In this document: piece by piece, positions 47,941-57,311 of the stretch
Layout: each line of letters opens with the position of its first letter
How positions within the stretch are numbered: the first letter of the stretch is position 1
Assembly (NCBI GenBank): GCA_023898565.1
Contig: CP060228.1
Coordinates: 304,594-368,593, forward strand
From: Candidatus Nomurabacteria bacterium
GTDB lineage: Bacteria; Patescibacteriota; Minisyncoccia; Phycocordibacterales; UBA918
Direction: 5' to 3'
DNA length: 64,000 nucleotides
Made by a program: the position numbers and the translations under genes
The notes under the pieces: generated by a model
What the model was told of the DNA's origin: nothing
Seen by the model: only the letters and a program-made list of their open reading frames with translations
The model's database searches: none

Positions 47941-48978
47941 ATGACATCACCTAAGCGCGGTAGCAAATACGTACTACCAAATAATAGATATGAGCAACTA
48001 GTCCAGCAAGTGACCACTGCCGGCTGCTTTGAGCGCACGTACTTTTCTCATGGACTACTTCTGCTCAGCTCACTCCTAGGACTAACTGCTTCAGCCTATA
48101 TGATCACGTACAGTGATAATACTTGGCTCCAAGTTGGCAATGCAGTTGTCGCCGCTTTTTTTAGCGTACAGCTTGGATTGTTTGGACATGACCTGTCACA
48201 CCAAAGTGTCTTCCGTTCAAAAAAACTAAATAAAAATCTAGCCCTCATAATCTGGGGTCTTGGCTGTGGTCTGAGTGAAAGTCGATGGTTTTACAAACAT
48301 AACGCACACCACCAATCTCCCAACCATATTGATCATGACCCTGATCTCGACATACCGTTTGTCTTCACAGCTGAACAAGCCGCCACACGAAGCGATTTTA
48401 GTAAAAAATACATTCTTCCCTACCAGCATATTTTATTCTGGGTTGGTGTCATGTTTGTATATCCATTCAACCTTCTACACAGCATGAGATTCTTGCTAGA
48501 AAAATATAGCTGGCGCTCACTAATCGAAATAATACTCATCAGTGGTCATTTTTTAATTGTACTTATCTTTACGTTTAGCCAGTTGCCATTTTTAACAGCA
48601 GTCATATTTAACCTAGTGACACTCCTTACCATTGGTATATATATGGGTCTTATTTTTGCCCCCAACCACAAAGGTGAAGACATGCTCAGCAGCACAGAGA
48701 AACACAACTGGGTACACCAAATTACCCTCACCAGGAACTTACACCACAGTCCGATTGGCTCATATGTTTTAGGAGGTCTTGATTTTCAAGTTGAACACCA
48801 CCTCTTTCCTAGCATGTCTCGGTTTAAGTACTCTGCAGCACACACTATTGTGATTTCATTCTGCACCAAACACAATATTCCCTACAAAGAAGTTTCTTTT
48901 AGCGAATCAATGAAACAAATTCATCAAGCCTTACATGAAGAATCACGGTCTTGGAGACAGAAAACTAAACCCTGCTAG
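47941..48978 (+). CDS. Membrane fatty acid desaturase
   Basis: Histidine boxes HDLSH, HNAHHQSPNHIDHDPD and QVEHHLFP. Confidence 0.85.
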   Translation: MTSPKRGSKYVLPNNRYEQLVQQVTTAGCFERTYFSHGLLLLSSLLGLTASAYMITYSDNTWLQVGNAVVAAFFSVQLGLFGHDLSHQSVFRSKKLNKNLALIIWGLGCGLSESRWFYKHNAHHQSPNHIDHDPDLDIPFVFTAEQAATRSDFSKKYILPYQHILFWVGVMFVYPFNLLHSMRFLLEKYSWRSLIEIILISGHFLIVLIFTFSQLPFLTAVIFNLVTLLTIGIYMGLIFAPNHKGEDMLSSTEKHNWVHQITLTRNLHHSPIGSYVLGGLDFQVEHHLFPSMSRFKYSAAHTIVISFCTKHNIPYKEVSFSESMKQIHQALHEESRSWRQKTKPC

Positions 48979-49676
48979 AGAGTGAGCGCCCATCGTTCAA
49001 GCGACAGCTCCATATTACGCACACCCGCATGCCCATCGTGATATAACACCAACAGCGACAAGGAAAGCCTTTCAATATCTCCCGGCTGGAACTTAGCAAG
49101 GGCCCTCTTTGCTTTATTGTACGGAAAATCTTTCATCCCGGCGGCGGCGGCAGTGGTGGTGTTTTTTGCCAACCGCAGCGCTTTAAGCTGCCACCACAAC
49201 ATCCCTACAATTTCTTCTTCGCGCAATCCAGACGACTTTGCTTCTTGCAACAACACCCAAAGCTGCCGCCGATCTCTTTGTGCCAGCGCTTCGGCGAGAG
49301 AAAAGGTATTGAACGCTGTATTTTTTTCCACCACAAACTCTTCCATAATCGCAGCGTGTTTGGCATACACTTTCTTTGGAGCGGCCAATAACGCCGCTTC
49401 TAAAATTACAAAGGTATTAGGCGATTGCGCCAATGCTTCTAAAGCCTCTTTTGTGTCAGTAAAAAATTCCTCAGCAGCTGATGGTGTGTCGAGCACAAAC
49501 CACTCCACTCCCCCAAAGAGTGATTGTGCACCGAGCGCATCGCTTACTTGTCCAACTTGATATTCAGCCGCCTCAAGCGTAGTAACAGTAGCATCAGCTG
49601 GAGCATTGCTATCAATATAGGTAGTTGCTCTGTCCCGCACCTCACCACGATTGGTTCCAAAAAAAACAACGTACAT
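48975..49676 (-). CDS. Possible DNA polymerase III delta subunit (HolA-like)
   Basis: Location downstream of polA and size. Weak sequence pattern only. Confidence 0.35.
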   Translation of the reverse strand: MYVVFFGTNRGEVRDRATTYIDSNAPADATVTTLEAAEYQVGQVSDALGAQSLFGGVEWFVLDTPSAAEEFFTDTKEALEALAQSPNTFVILEAALLAAPKKVYAKHAAIMEEFVVEKNTAFNTFSLAEALAQRDRRQLWVLLQEAKSSGLREEEIVGMLWWQLKALRLAKNTTTAAAAGMKDFPYNKAKRALAKFQPGDIERLSLSLLVLYHDGHAGVRNMELSLERWALTL

Positions 49677-49680
49677 ACAA

Positions 49681-52056
49681 TTACTCGACTTTAAACGGTA
49701 CCATATCGTGCCAATTATTCCCCACCTTCACCTCGACCTTTAGTGGTACTCCGCGTCGCTCTTCATCACTCAAAACGTTCTCCATCACTTCAACAATTTT
49801 TTTTGTATGGGAGGACAGTGCGTTTGTTTTGATCTCAAAAACCAGTTCATCGTGCACTTGTAATAACATACGCACTTCGTCTTTTTGCAGACCATCTATG
49901 TACGCAGCGATACGCAACATCGCGATACGCATGCAGTCGGCGGCGGTTCCTTGAATTGGCGCATTAATCGCCATACGCTCCGCTTGCGCTCGAATGAATG
50001 ACACGCTTGACATAATTCCCGGGAACCGCCGCCGTCTACCAATTAGCGTTTCGGTGTAGCCATGCTGTCGCGCAAAGGTCTTCGTATCTTCGAGGTACTC
50101 AGCCAGCCGAGTAAAGGTTTGAAAGTATGCATTGAGAAATTCCTGCGCTTCAGCGCGAGTTGTCTCTCCCCCTAAATTTTGCCTAAGTGCATTAACTCCC
50201 ATGCCATACAAAATACCGAAGTTTATCACCTTGGCTTTGCGGCGCATATCCGACGTCACCTCACTTTCCACTACCCCAAACACGCGCGCAGCTACCCCCG
50301 CATGCACATCCTCACCATGTCGGAAAATCTCCAACATATTTGCATCCTGTGAAAGAATTGCTGCGATTCGTAGTTCAATCTGCGAGTAATCGATAGCCAC
50401 CAAAGAATACCCGGATTCTGCCACAAAGGCCCCGCGCACAAGTCTCCCTTCTTCAGTGCGAATTGGGATATTTTGTAGATTTGGATCTTTACTCGCCATG
50501 CGGCCGGTTGCTGCGCCCGTCTGCAGCAATGTTGAGTGCACTCTTCCATCCTTTCCCACCTGTTGTGGCAATGTATCAATATACGTCGAAACGAGTTTCT
50601 GTAATTCTCGATACCGTAAAATCTCGGTAATCACTGGATGTTCATCACGCAGCTTCTCAAGTTCCGACTCTTTAGTTGAGCGTTGACCACCAGCAGTTTT
50701 TTTAGCGTTTTTTGGCTTGAGACCTAACGTGTCAAAGAGCACCTCACCAAGCTGTTTGGGTGAATTGATATTAAACTCAGTTTCTGCAAGCTGATAAATA
50801 TTCTTTTCTAGTTGCGCTAATTCTTGATGAAACTTTTTTGACAACTTTTCTAAGTGCTTCGTATCGAGCTTAATGCCAATTGATTTCATCTGTGCCAACA
50901 CTGCGATTAACGGCTGCTCGATTTCAGTAAATATTTTTTCCAAACCTTCTGCCTTCACCCTCGTTCGCAACGCAGCTATCGTTGCTGACCAATTATCAGT
51001 CTTAAGAAATGAGCGACCATAATCAATCACATCTTCGTACGACGCATTGGTACGTTCGCTTTCTAACAACCACAATAGTATGGCCGCTTCTTGCAACTCC
51101 TCCTCAGACACCACCTCTTCTTCCACAACAAACAACTCCTCGCCAAAGAGCTTTTTAACACGATCAGTCACCGCTCGAAAACCGAGCTCGCTAAATAGCT
51201 GAGCAACTCTTTCTGTGTCAGCATTATCGCGCCAAGCCGTATCAGCCACCGCAAAAGCATCAAGGGCGTCCGTTCGAATGGTGGCCAGCATCTTAGAAAA
51301 CTCCGCTTCTTCCTTACCTTCCTTCAATAAATTAATAATGCGTGGTTTTATACCGGCATCTAAAAACGCCTGTTCTGATTGTTCTAATTTTTTATATATC
51401 TTTTCTAACGAACCAAAAGAAGTAATGAGTGTCGTCGCAGTCTTTTCTCCAATTCCGGCAATACCAGGAATATTGTCTGAGGTGTCTCCCCGCAACCCTT
51501 TATAGTCAGGCACAAGTATCGGACCAAATCCAAACCGATCCTTAACCGCTTTTTCATCGTACAAAATAGTATCCTTAATACCTTTTTTTAAAGTGAATAC
51601 TTGTACGCGTTTTTTATCAACACACTGCAACGTATCCATATCACCCGATGCAATAATCACCTGCAAGTCCTTCTCACTAGTCGTGAGATGCGCAATCGTA
51701 CCAAGCATGTCATCAGCCTCAAAACCAGGACGCTCGTAAATCGGAATACCAAACGCAGCAAAGATATCTCGCGAACGAATGATTTGCGCCACCAGCGCAT
51801 CGTCTGTTTTGGCCCGCCCGGCTTTGTACGCATCGTATACTTCGTGGCGATAGGTTGGCTCTGGCAAGTCATAACAGGCCGCAATATATTCTGGTTTGAA
51901 CTCTTCAATAATCCGTAACAACATTGTTGTTACACCATACAGAGCGCCGGTTGGCTCACCAGTTGGCGAAGAGAAATCCGGTAATGCGTGATACGCCCGA
52001 TGGAGAATTGCATGAGCATCAAGCAATACTAACGTTTTTTCATTCGTTTTAGACAT
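49681..52056 (-). CDS. polA: DNA polymerase I (5'-3' exonuclease + polymerase domains)
   Basis: Motif A DYSQIELRIAA, motif C QVHDELVFE and a 5' nuclease N-terminus. Confidence 0.9.
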   Translation of the reverse strand: MSKTNEKTLVLLDAHAILHRAYHALPDFSSPTGEPTGALYGVTTMLLRIIEEFKPEYIAACYDLPEPTYRHEVYDAYKAGRAKTDDALVAQIIRSRDIFAAFGIPIYERPGFEADDMLGTIAHLTTSEKDLQVIIASGDMDTLQCVDKKRVQVFTLKKGIKDTILYDEKAVKDRFGFGPILVPDYKGLRGDTSDNIPGIAGIGEKTATTLITSFGSLEKIYKKLEQSEQAFLDAGIKPRIINLLKEGKEEAEFSKMLATIRTDALDAFAVADTAWRDNADTERVAQLFSELGFRAVTDRVKKLFGEELFVVEEEVVSEEELQEAAILLWLLESERTNASYEDVIDYGRSFLKTDNWSATIAALRTRVKAEGLEKIFTEIEQPLIAVLAQMKSIGIKLDTKHLEKLSKKFHQELAQLEKNIYQLAETEFNINSPKQLGEVLFDTLGLKPKNAKKTAGGQRSTKESELEKLRDEHPVITEILRYRELQKLVSTYIDTLPQQVGKDGRVHSTLLQTGAATGRMASKDPNLQNIPIRTEEGRLVRGAFVAESGYSLVAIDYSQIELRIAAILSQDANMLEIFRHGEDVHAGVAARVFGVVESEVTSDMRRKAKVINFGILYGMGVNALRQNLGGETTRAEAQEFLNAYFQTFTRLAEYLEDTKTFARQHGYTETLIGRRRRFPGIMSSVSFIRAQAERMAINAPIQGTAADCMRIAMLRIAAYIDGLQKDEVRMLLQVHDELVFEIKTNALSSHTKKIVEVMENVLSDEERRGVPLKVEVKVGNNWHDMVPFKVE

Positions 52057-52088
52057 ACCCGTAGTATACGAGGTTTCACCACCTCCGA

Positions 52089-52565
52089 CTACTTGTCTTC
52101 TTTACCGTCTACCCGCACAGTGCGTGACTCATCAACATTAACAACAAGAGACACTGAGACAGCGTTTGAGGGAATAATGCTCGCAATCCGCTCTGGCCAT
52201 TCTACACACACAATACTCTGCGGCTCCCCCAAAACACGCTCCAGCTGTAACGGCTTTGCTTCGGATTCATCTTCAAATCGATACGCATCAATATGCACCA
52301 GCTGCGAAAACTGAGCATGTCGTAGAGAGTACTGTTTCATGATGGTAAATGTCGGACTGGTCACCGGCTCGCTCACCCCCAACCGCTTAGCCAGTTGTTG
52401 TGTGAAGGCAGTTTTCCCTGCCCCTAAATCACCGCGCAACACAATACACAATCCTGAAGCGTGATTTGTTTCCAGAATAAAATCAATTACTACCGAAAAA
52501 TCTTCCGGTGATTGCACCACAAACTCCTTAGTCATAGATACTCGCAATATACCAAGAACTATCAA
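52089..52565 (-). CDS. tsaE: tRNA t6A biosynthesis ATPase TsaE (YjeE)
   Basis: P-loop LRGDLGAGKT. Confidence 0.8.
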   Translation of the reverse strand: MIVLGILRVSMTKEFVVQSPEDFSVVIDFILETNHASGLCIVLRGDLGAGKTAFTQQLAKRLGVSEPVTSPTFTIMKQYSLRHAQFSQLVHIDAYRFEDESEAKPLQLERVLGEPQSIVCVEWPERIASIIPSNAVSVSLVVNVDESRTVRVDGKEDK

Positions 52566-52600
52566 AAAATCACAGGATTTGTGCGTGGTATTATGTAACC

Positions 52601-54355
52601 ATGATTAAATTTGATGATAGTTATTCAAACTCTCGACTTGCCGATCTTCACACTCAGGAAGAAGAGCGACTCATTCAACAAACTGCACCGCAGCTTGGTT
52701 TTGACTACGTAAATCTTCGCGGGTACACCATCAACCCCGAAGCAATTGGCGCTATTCCTGAAACACAAGCGCGAGCAGCTGAGCTGGTTGGTTTTGAACT
52801 TAATCGCTCCACCCTTTCTGTTGCAGCTCGAAAACCAAACGATCCTAAAACACAAGCCATCTTGCAAGATTTACAAAAAAGACGCTTTCAAATCAATCTC
52901 TATATTTGCTCGCGCGCCAGCCTAGAGTATGGCTGGGAACGCTACGCTGACATTGTTGATTCAAAAATTGAAAAACGTGGCGTGTTTGAAATTAGTGCTG
53001 AAGATATCCAAAAACTCACTACTGAGATTAAACAAAAAGAAGACGTTTTGACTATCTTGAAAAGAATTGCGGCTTCAGCTAATACTCGACGAATTTCAGA
53101 GACGTTGGAGTTGGTATTCGCAGGTGGAATCGCCCTGGGCGCATCTGATATCCACATCGAACCAGAGGAAACTGGTATTCGGCTACGCTACCGCTTTGAT
53201 GGTGTACTGCATGATATCGTCGATCTCGATACATATATATATGAACGAATGATGTCTCGTCTCAAACTGCTCTCCGGCATGATTTTAAATACCCGTGCTG
53301 AAGCTCAAGACGGTCGTTTTACGTTTGATATCGGCAGTCGTGAAATTGAGGTGCGCTCATCAATTATTCCAGGTGCGTTTGGCGAATCAATCGTGATGCG
53401 TCTTCTTGACCCATCTGTCTCCAGCTTTAGCATGGATAAAATCCGTTTAAATCCGCATATTGAGGAGGTGATTAGGCGTGAGCTCAAAAAGCCAAACGGG
53501 CTTATTATTACCACTGGTCCAACCGGATCAGGTAAAACCACCGCCCTCTATGCCTTCCTGCAAGAAGTACATACTGAAGGGGTAAAAATTATCACGATTG
53601 AAAATCCAGTTGAATACAAGCTGGACGGCATCGTACAAACACAAACCGGTGACGACTATACTTTTGCGTCAGGACTCCGTGCAATTCTTCGCCAAGACCC
53701 TGACATTATCATGGTAGGTGAAATTCGTGATCACGAAGTAGCCGAAACCGCTATCCACGCCGCACAAACTGGCCACTTAGTATTTAGCACCCTCCACACC
53801 AATAGTGCGGTAGCCGGCTTCCCTCGCCTCATTGATCTTGGAGTTGATCCGCGCATCATGGGTAGCGCCATCAATATGATTCTTGGACAACGACTCGTTC
53901 GCTTGCTTTGCAGCTCATGTAAAAGTGCCTATCAAGCAACACCCGATGAAGTCGCAGTGATGAAATATGTTATGAAAACCCATCCCCACCCGACCACCGT
54001 CACAGACAACACAACACTCTATCGCGCAACCGGTTGCCCAGACTGTGGCGGCACTGGCTTTAAAGGCCGTACCGGTATTTTTGAAGGCGTTCTGATGGAT
54101 CAGGCAGTTGAAGAAGTAGTAATCCGTGATCCGCGCGAACACGTAATTACCGAAGCAGCTAGACCGCAAGCTATTCCGACTATGGTGGAGGACGGTATTG
54201 AAAAAGTACTACACGGCCTCACTTCTATTACTGAACTTGAGCGCGTAATTGAACTTCCCTACATAGAAGCGAACCGCCAAACTGGAACCACACAAATAAA
54301 ACCAGCCGCCCCAAGTGGAGCGACTGATGATGATTTTATGAACCACATTGTGTAA
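52601..54355 (+). CDS. pilB: Type IV pilus/type II secretion assembly ATPase (PilB/GspE family)
   Basis: Walker A GPTGSGKTT, Asp box, His box and a C-terminal CxxC...CxxC zinc motif. Confidence 0.85.
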   Translation: MIKFDDSYSNSRLADLHTQEEERLIQQTAPQLGFDYVNLRGYTINPEAIGAIPETQARAAELVGFELNRSTLSVAARKPNDPKTQAILQDLQKRRFQINLYICSRASLEYGWERYADIVDSKIEKRGVFEISAEDIQKLTTEIKQKEDVLTILKRIAASANTRRISETLELVFAGGIALGASDIHIEPEETGIRLRYRFDGVLHDIVDLDTYIYERMMSRLKLLSGMILNTRAEAQDGRFTFDIGSREIEVRSSIIPGAFGESIVMRLLDPSVSSFSMDKIRLNPHIEEVIRRELKKPNGLIITTGPTGSGKTTALYAFLQEVHTEGVKIITIENPVEYKLDGIVQTQTGDDYTFASGLRAILRQDPDIIMVGEIRDHEVAETAIHAAQTGHLVFSTLHTNSAVAGFPRLIDLGVDPRIMGSAINMILGQRLVRLLCSSCKSAYQATPDEVAVMKYVMKTHPHPTTVTDNTTLYRATGCPDCGGTGFKGRTGIFEGVLMDQAVEEVVIRDPREHVITEAARPQAIPTMVEDGIEKVLHGLTSITELERVIELPYIEANRQTGTTQIKPAAPSGATDDDFMNHIV

Positions 54356-54727
54356 TGTGGTTCTACTGGAGGAGTGAAATGATTACTGGTCAAGACTGTA
54401 GCAACTTTTTTTATGCTACATTCAATTAAACCAGCGTTCGTTCCAGAGTATAACTCTCTAAGCAAGGCTTCCGCATTGAAAGTGAATGCCGCGCTAAGAA
54501 AGTTTGTCGCACTTTCACTCTAGGGTGAACGCCACAAAACCCCTCGCAACGCATCCAAGTTGCTTAGAGAGTTATCTTCTGGAATCTGATAAACAAAACA
54601 AAGGTGTCACTCGCGACACGCCGGAGAACTCAATTGCCAGTTATATTAGCATACTTTAAATATTTGTCAACACTTTGCAGCCCTTTTGGGGCTTTTTTGT
54701 TATACTAAGCAAAATAACCATATTGAT

Positions 54728-55705
54728 ATGAGTACTCCCATCACGCGCGATGACGCCAGTAATCTTGACCGCACCCTCCGCCCGCAAACGTGGGATGAAT
54801 ATATTGGTCAAGAAAAAACCAAGGAAAATCTTCGTATTCTACTTACAGCTGCAAAGGAACGCGGCCATGCCGCAGAGCACATTCTTCTCTATGGACCACC
54901 AGGACTCGGTAAAACCACTCTTGCCAACTTAGTCTCAAAGACCCTTGGCACCAATATGAAGATCACTTCTGGCCCAGCGATTGAGCGCGTTGGCGATTTA
55001 GCAGCTATCCTCACCAATCTCTCACCCGGTGATGTTCTTTTCATTGATGAAATCCACCGCCTCTCAAAAAGCATTGAGGAAGTGCTCTACCCTGCCATGG
55101 AGTCTGGCGTCTTAGATATTATTATTGGAAAAGGTCCATCTGCTCGAACGGTGCAGCTCGAGCTACCACCGTTTACCATGGTGGCTGCCACTACTCGCAT
55201 CTCCCTTCTCTCTTCTCCGCTTCGCTCTCGTTTTTCCGGAGGTACATTCAGACTAGAATTTTATTCTGACGAAGAAATTGCTCAGATTCTCACCCGCTCA
55301 GCCGAACTCCTTGAGGTTTCAGCCAGTATGGAAGCTATTCATAAAATAGCCACACGCTGCCGGGCCACCCCACGTACCGCCAACTATCTATTGAAACGTT
55401 GCCGCGACCTAGCTCAACTTGAGGGAGGAGGTCTGACAGACCGCATAATCGAGAAAACGTTTGATCTTTTAGAGATTGATTCACTGGGACTCGGCAAACC
55501 TGACCGAGCAGTACTTGAAGTGATTGTTCAAAAATTTAATGGAGGGCCAGTCGGACTTAACACTATCGCTGCCGCTACTGGCGAAGAACCATCTACTATA
55601 GAAGATGTAATCGAGCCCTACCTGATTCGTCACGGACTTTTGGAACGCACGCCGCGTGGACGAATTGCCAGCCCTGATGCATATAGCCATATCGAGAGAA
55701 ATTAA
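54728..55705 (+). CDS. ruvB: Holliday junction branch migration helicase RuvB
   Basis: LLYGPPGLGKTTLA Walker A. Start set at the internal MSTPITRDD, because a terminator hairpin overlaps the longer ORF start at 54686. Confidence 0.9.
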   Translation: MSTPITRDDASNLDRTLRPQTWDEYIGQEKTKENLRILLTAAKERGHAAEHILLYGPPGLGKTTLANLVSKTLGTNMKITSGPAIERVGDLAAILTNLSPGDVLFIDEIHRLSKSIEEVLYPAMESGVLDIIIGKGPSARTVQLELPPFTMVAATTRISLLSSPLRSRFSGGTFRLEFYSDEEIAQILTRSAELLEVSASMEAIHKIATRCRATPRTANYLLKRCRDLAQLEGGGLTDRIIEKTFDLLEIDSLGLGKPDRAVLEVIVQKFNGGPVGLNTIAAATGEEPSTIEDVIEPYLIRHGLLERTPRGRIASPDAYSHIERN

Positions 55706-55773
55706 TAGATCAAGTCAGTCTTTATTGATTTTTAATCTTCGAGTACACTACCAAAATAGTAAAAAATATAGAT

Positions 55774-56316
55774 ATGTCTGGACATAATAAATGGTCAAAA
55801 ATTAAACATAAAAAAGCTGCTACTGATGCTGTAAAAAGTAAAGTTTTTTCCAAGCACTCAGCCCTTATCACCATGGAAGTGAAGAAAGCTGGCGGCGACG
55901 TAAGCTCTGCTAGTGTCCTTGCCGCTGTCGAACGTGCCAAAAAAGATTCCATGCCTAAGGATAATATTGAAAAAGCCCTGCAAAAAGGTAGTGGTGCTGG
56001 TGGCGCTATGCTTGAAGAAATCCTATTTGAAGGATACGGCCCCGGCGGTGTTGCACTTATGATTGAAGCAGTGACTGACAACAATAATCGCACTGCCCCA
56101 GAAATTCGACACATCTTTTCTAAGGCTGGCCTAGAACTCGGCACACCCGGTTCAGCTGCCTGGGCTTTTACTAAAACCAGCGAAGGATACGTTCCCAATA
56201 ATCCTATGGAGCTCGATGACGACACTGGAGAAAAACTAGCAGACTTTATTGAAAAACTTGAAGAGCAAGACGACGTAACAAACGTCTATACGGCTGCAGA
56301 CTCTCTAGAAGACTAG
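55774..56316 (+). CDS. YebC/PmpR-family protein (short, 180 aa)
   Basis: MSGHNKWSKIKHKKAATDAVKSK... is the canonical YebC N-terminus. It is shorter than the typical ~240 aa. Confidence 0.75.
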   Translation: MSGHNKWSKIKHKKAATDAVKSKVFSKHSALITMEVKKAGGDVSSASVLAAVERAKKDSMPKDNIEKALQKGSGAGGAMLEEILFEGYGPGGVALMIEAVTDNNNRTAPEIRHIFSKAGLELGTPGSAAWAFTKTSEGYVPNNPMELDDDTGEKLADFIEKLEEQDDVTNVYTAADSLED

Positions 56317-56318
56317 CT

Positions 56319-56350
56319 AAAAGGCCGGCCCCTTTAGGGGCCGGCCTTTT
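56319..56350. terminator. Palindromic terminator
   Basis: aaaaggccggcccctttaggggccggcctttt. Confidence 0.75.
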
Positions 56351-56382
56351 AGCTAACAGCAAAATCAACTATACTCTTACAC

Positions 56383-56862
56383 ATGAGAGTAATCAGTGTC
56401 GACCCTGGCTACGACCGCATAGGTGTTGCAGTTATGGAACTTGAAAATGGTAATGAAAAACTACTCTTTTCTACCTGCATCGAAACCAACAAAGCACTTT
56501 CCTTCACTGAGCGACTAAAAGTGCTCGGCGATGCCTTTCAAGACATTCTGCAGATATACTCCCCCACAGCACTTGGCATTGAAACACTCTTCTTTAATAA
56601 AAATCAAAAAACTGCCATCGGCGTAGCGCAAGCTCGTGGGATTCTTATCTATCTATCACAAACACACAATTGCGAGGTGTTTGAGTTTGGACCACAGGAA
56701 ATCAAAATTGCCGTCACTGGCTACGGCAAAAGCGACAAATCTGCTGTTATAGATATGGTGAAGCGACTTATAAGAAACGCGCCAGCAAAAGCTCTTGACG
56801 ACGAGTACGACGCCATTGCTGTCGGCATAACCTGCCTTGCGCATCACGGACGAAGGCAGTAA
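56383..56862 (+). CDS. ruvC: Crossover junction endodeoxyribonuclease RuvC
   Basis: MRVISVDPGYDRIGVAV N-terminus with the catalytic Asp. Confidence 0.85.
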   Translation: MRVISVDPGYDRIGVAVMELENGNEKLLFSTCIETNKALSFTERLKVLGDAFQDILQIYSPTALGIETLFFNKNQKTAIGVAQARGILIYLSQTHNCEVFEFGPQEIKIAVTGYGKSDKSAVIDMVKRLIRNAPAKALDDEYDAIAVGITCLAHHGRRQ

Positions 56863-56982
56863 ACTACCCCGCAGCATACTGAAACAGTAGTGCGAGCTTA
56901 CACACCAACACCAAGTTCTACTTAACGAATTTTTAAAGGTGTGCTACTTTGATACCAAACATTTCATTAATCACAGTTATCT

Positions 56983-57249
56983 ATGATCAATTTTCGCAAC
57001 GAAGAAGAGGAAGAATTGGAAACCCCTGAAGAGGATGAGGACGCATCACTTGATGATGATATTCTGGATGAAGTAAGCGATGGAGACGACGATGACTCTG
57101 ATCACGACATGGAAGGATTTGGCCACATCGGCGACAATACTAATGAAGAAGAGGATGAGGAAGACGAGGAAGAAGATACTGACGAAGAACTAGAAGATGA
57201 CGCTGAGGATGTAGATTTTGACACTTTTGACGACATTGACGAGATGTAG
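56983..57249 (+). CDS. Highly acidic small protein (88 aa, ~60% D/E)
   Basis: ORF followed by a strong terminator at 57283-57310. There is no basic residue after the first 6 aa. Confidence 0.5.
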   Translation: MINFRNEEEEELETPEEDEDASLDDDILDEVSDGDDDDSDHDMEGFGHIGDNTNEEEDEEDEEEDTDEELEDDAEDVDFDTFDDIDEM

Positions 57250-57282
57250 TTAAAAATTAATACGTTGAGCTTATATACTTGT

Positions 57283-57310
57283 AAAAACACCCGGCACCGC
57301 CGGGTGTTTT
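57283..57310. terminator. Bidirectional terminator
   Basis: aaaaacacccggcaccgccgggtgtttt. Confidence 0.8.
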
Positions 57311-57311
57311 A

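Noticed and set aside
54356-54727. tmRNA, RNase P RNA or SRP RNA in the pilB-ruvB intergenic region
   Set aside because: No tRNA-like GGGG...CCACCA ends or tag ORF ending ALAA. The RNase P CR-I (GGAAAGTCCGGGC) and CR-IV/V blocks are absent apart from an isolated AGGGTGAA. The SRP domain IV GGAAGCAGC-type motif is absent. Kept only as a generic ncRNA candidate.
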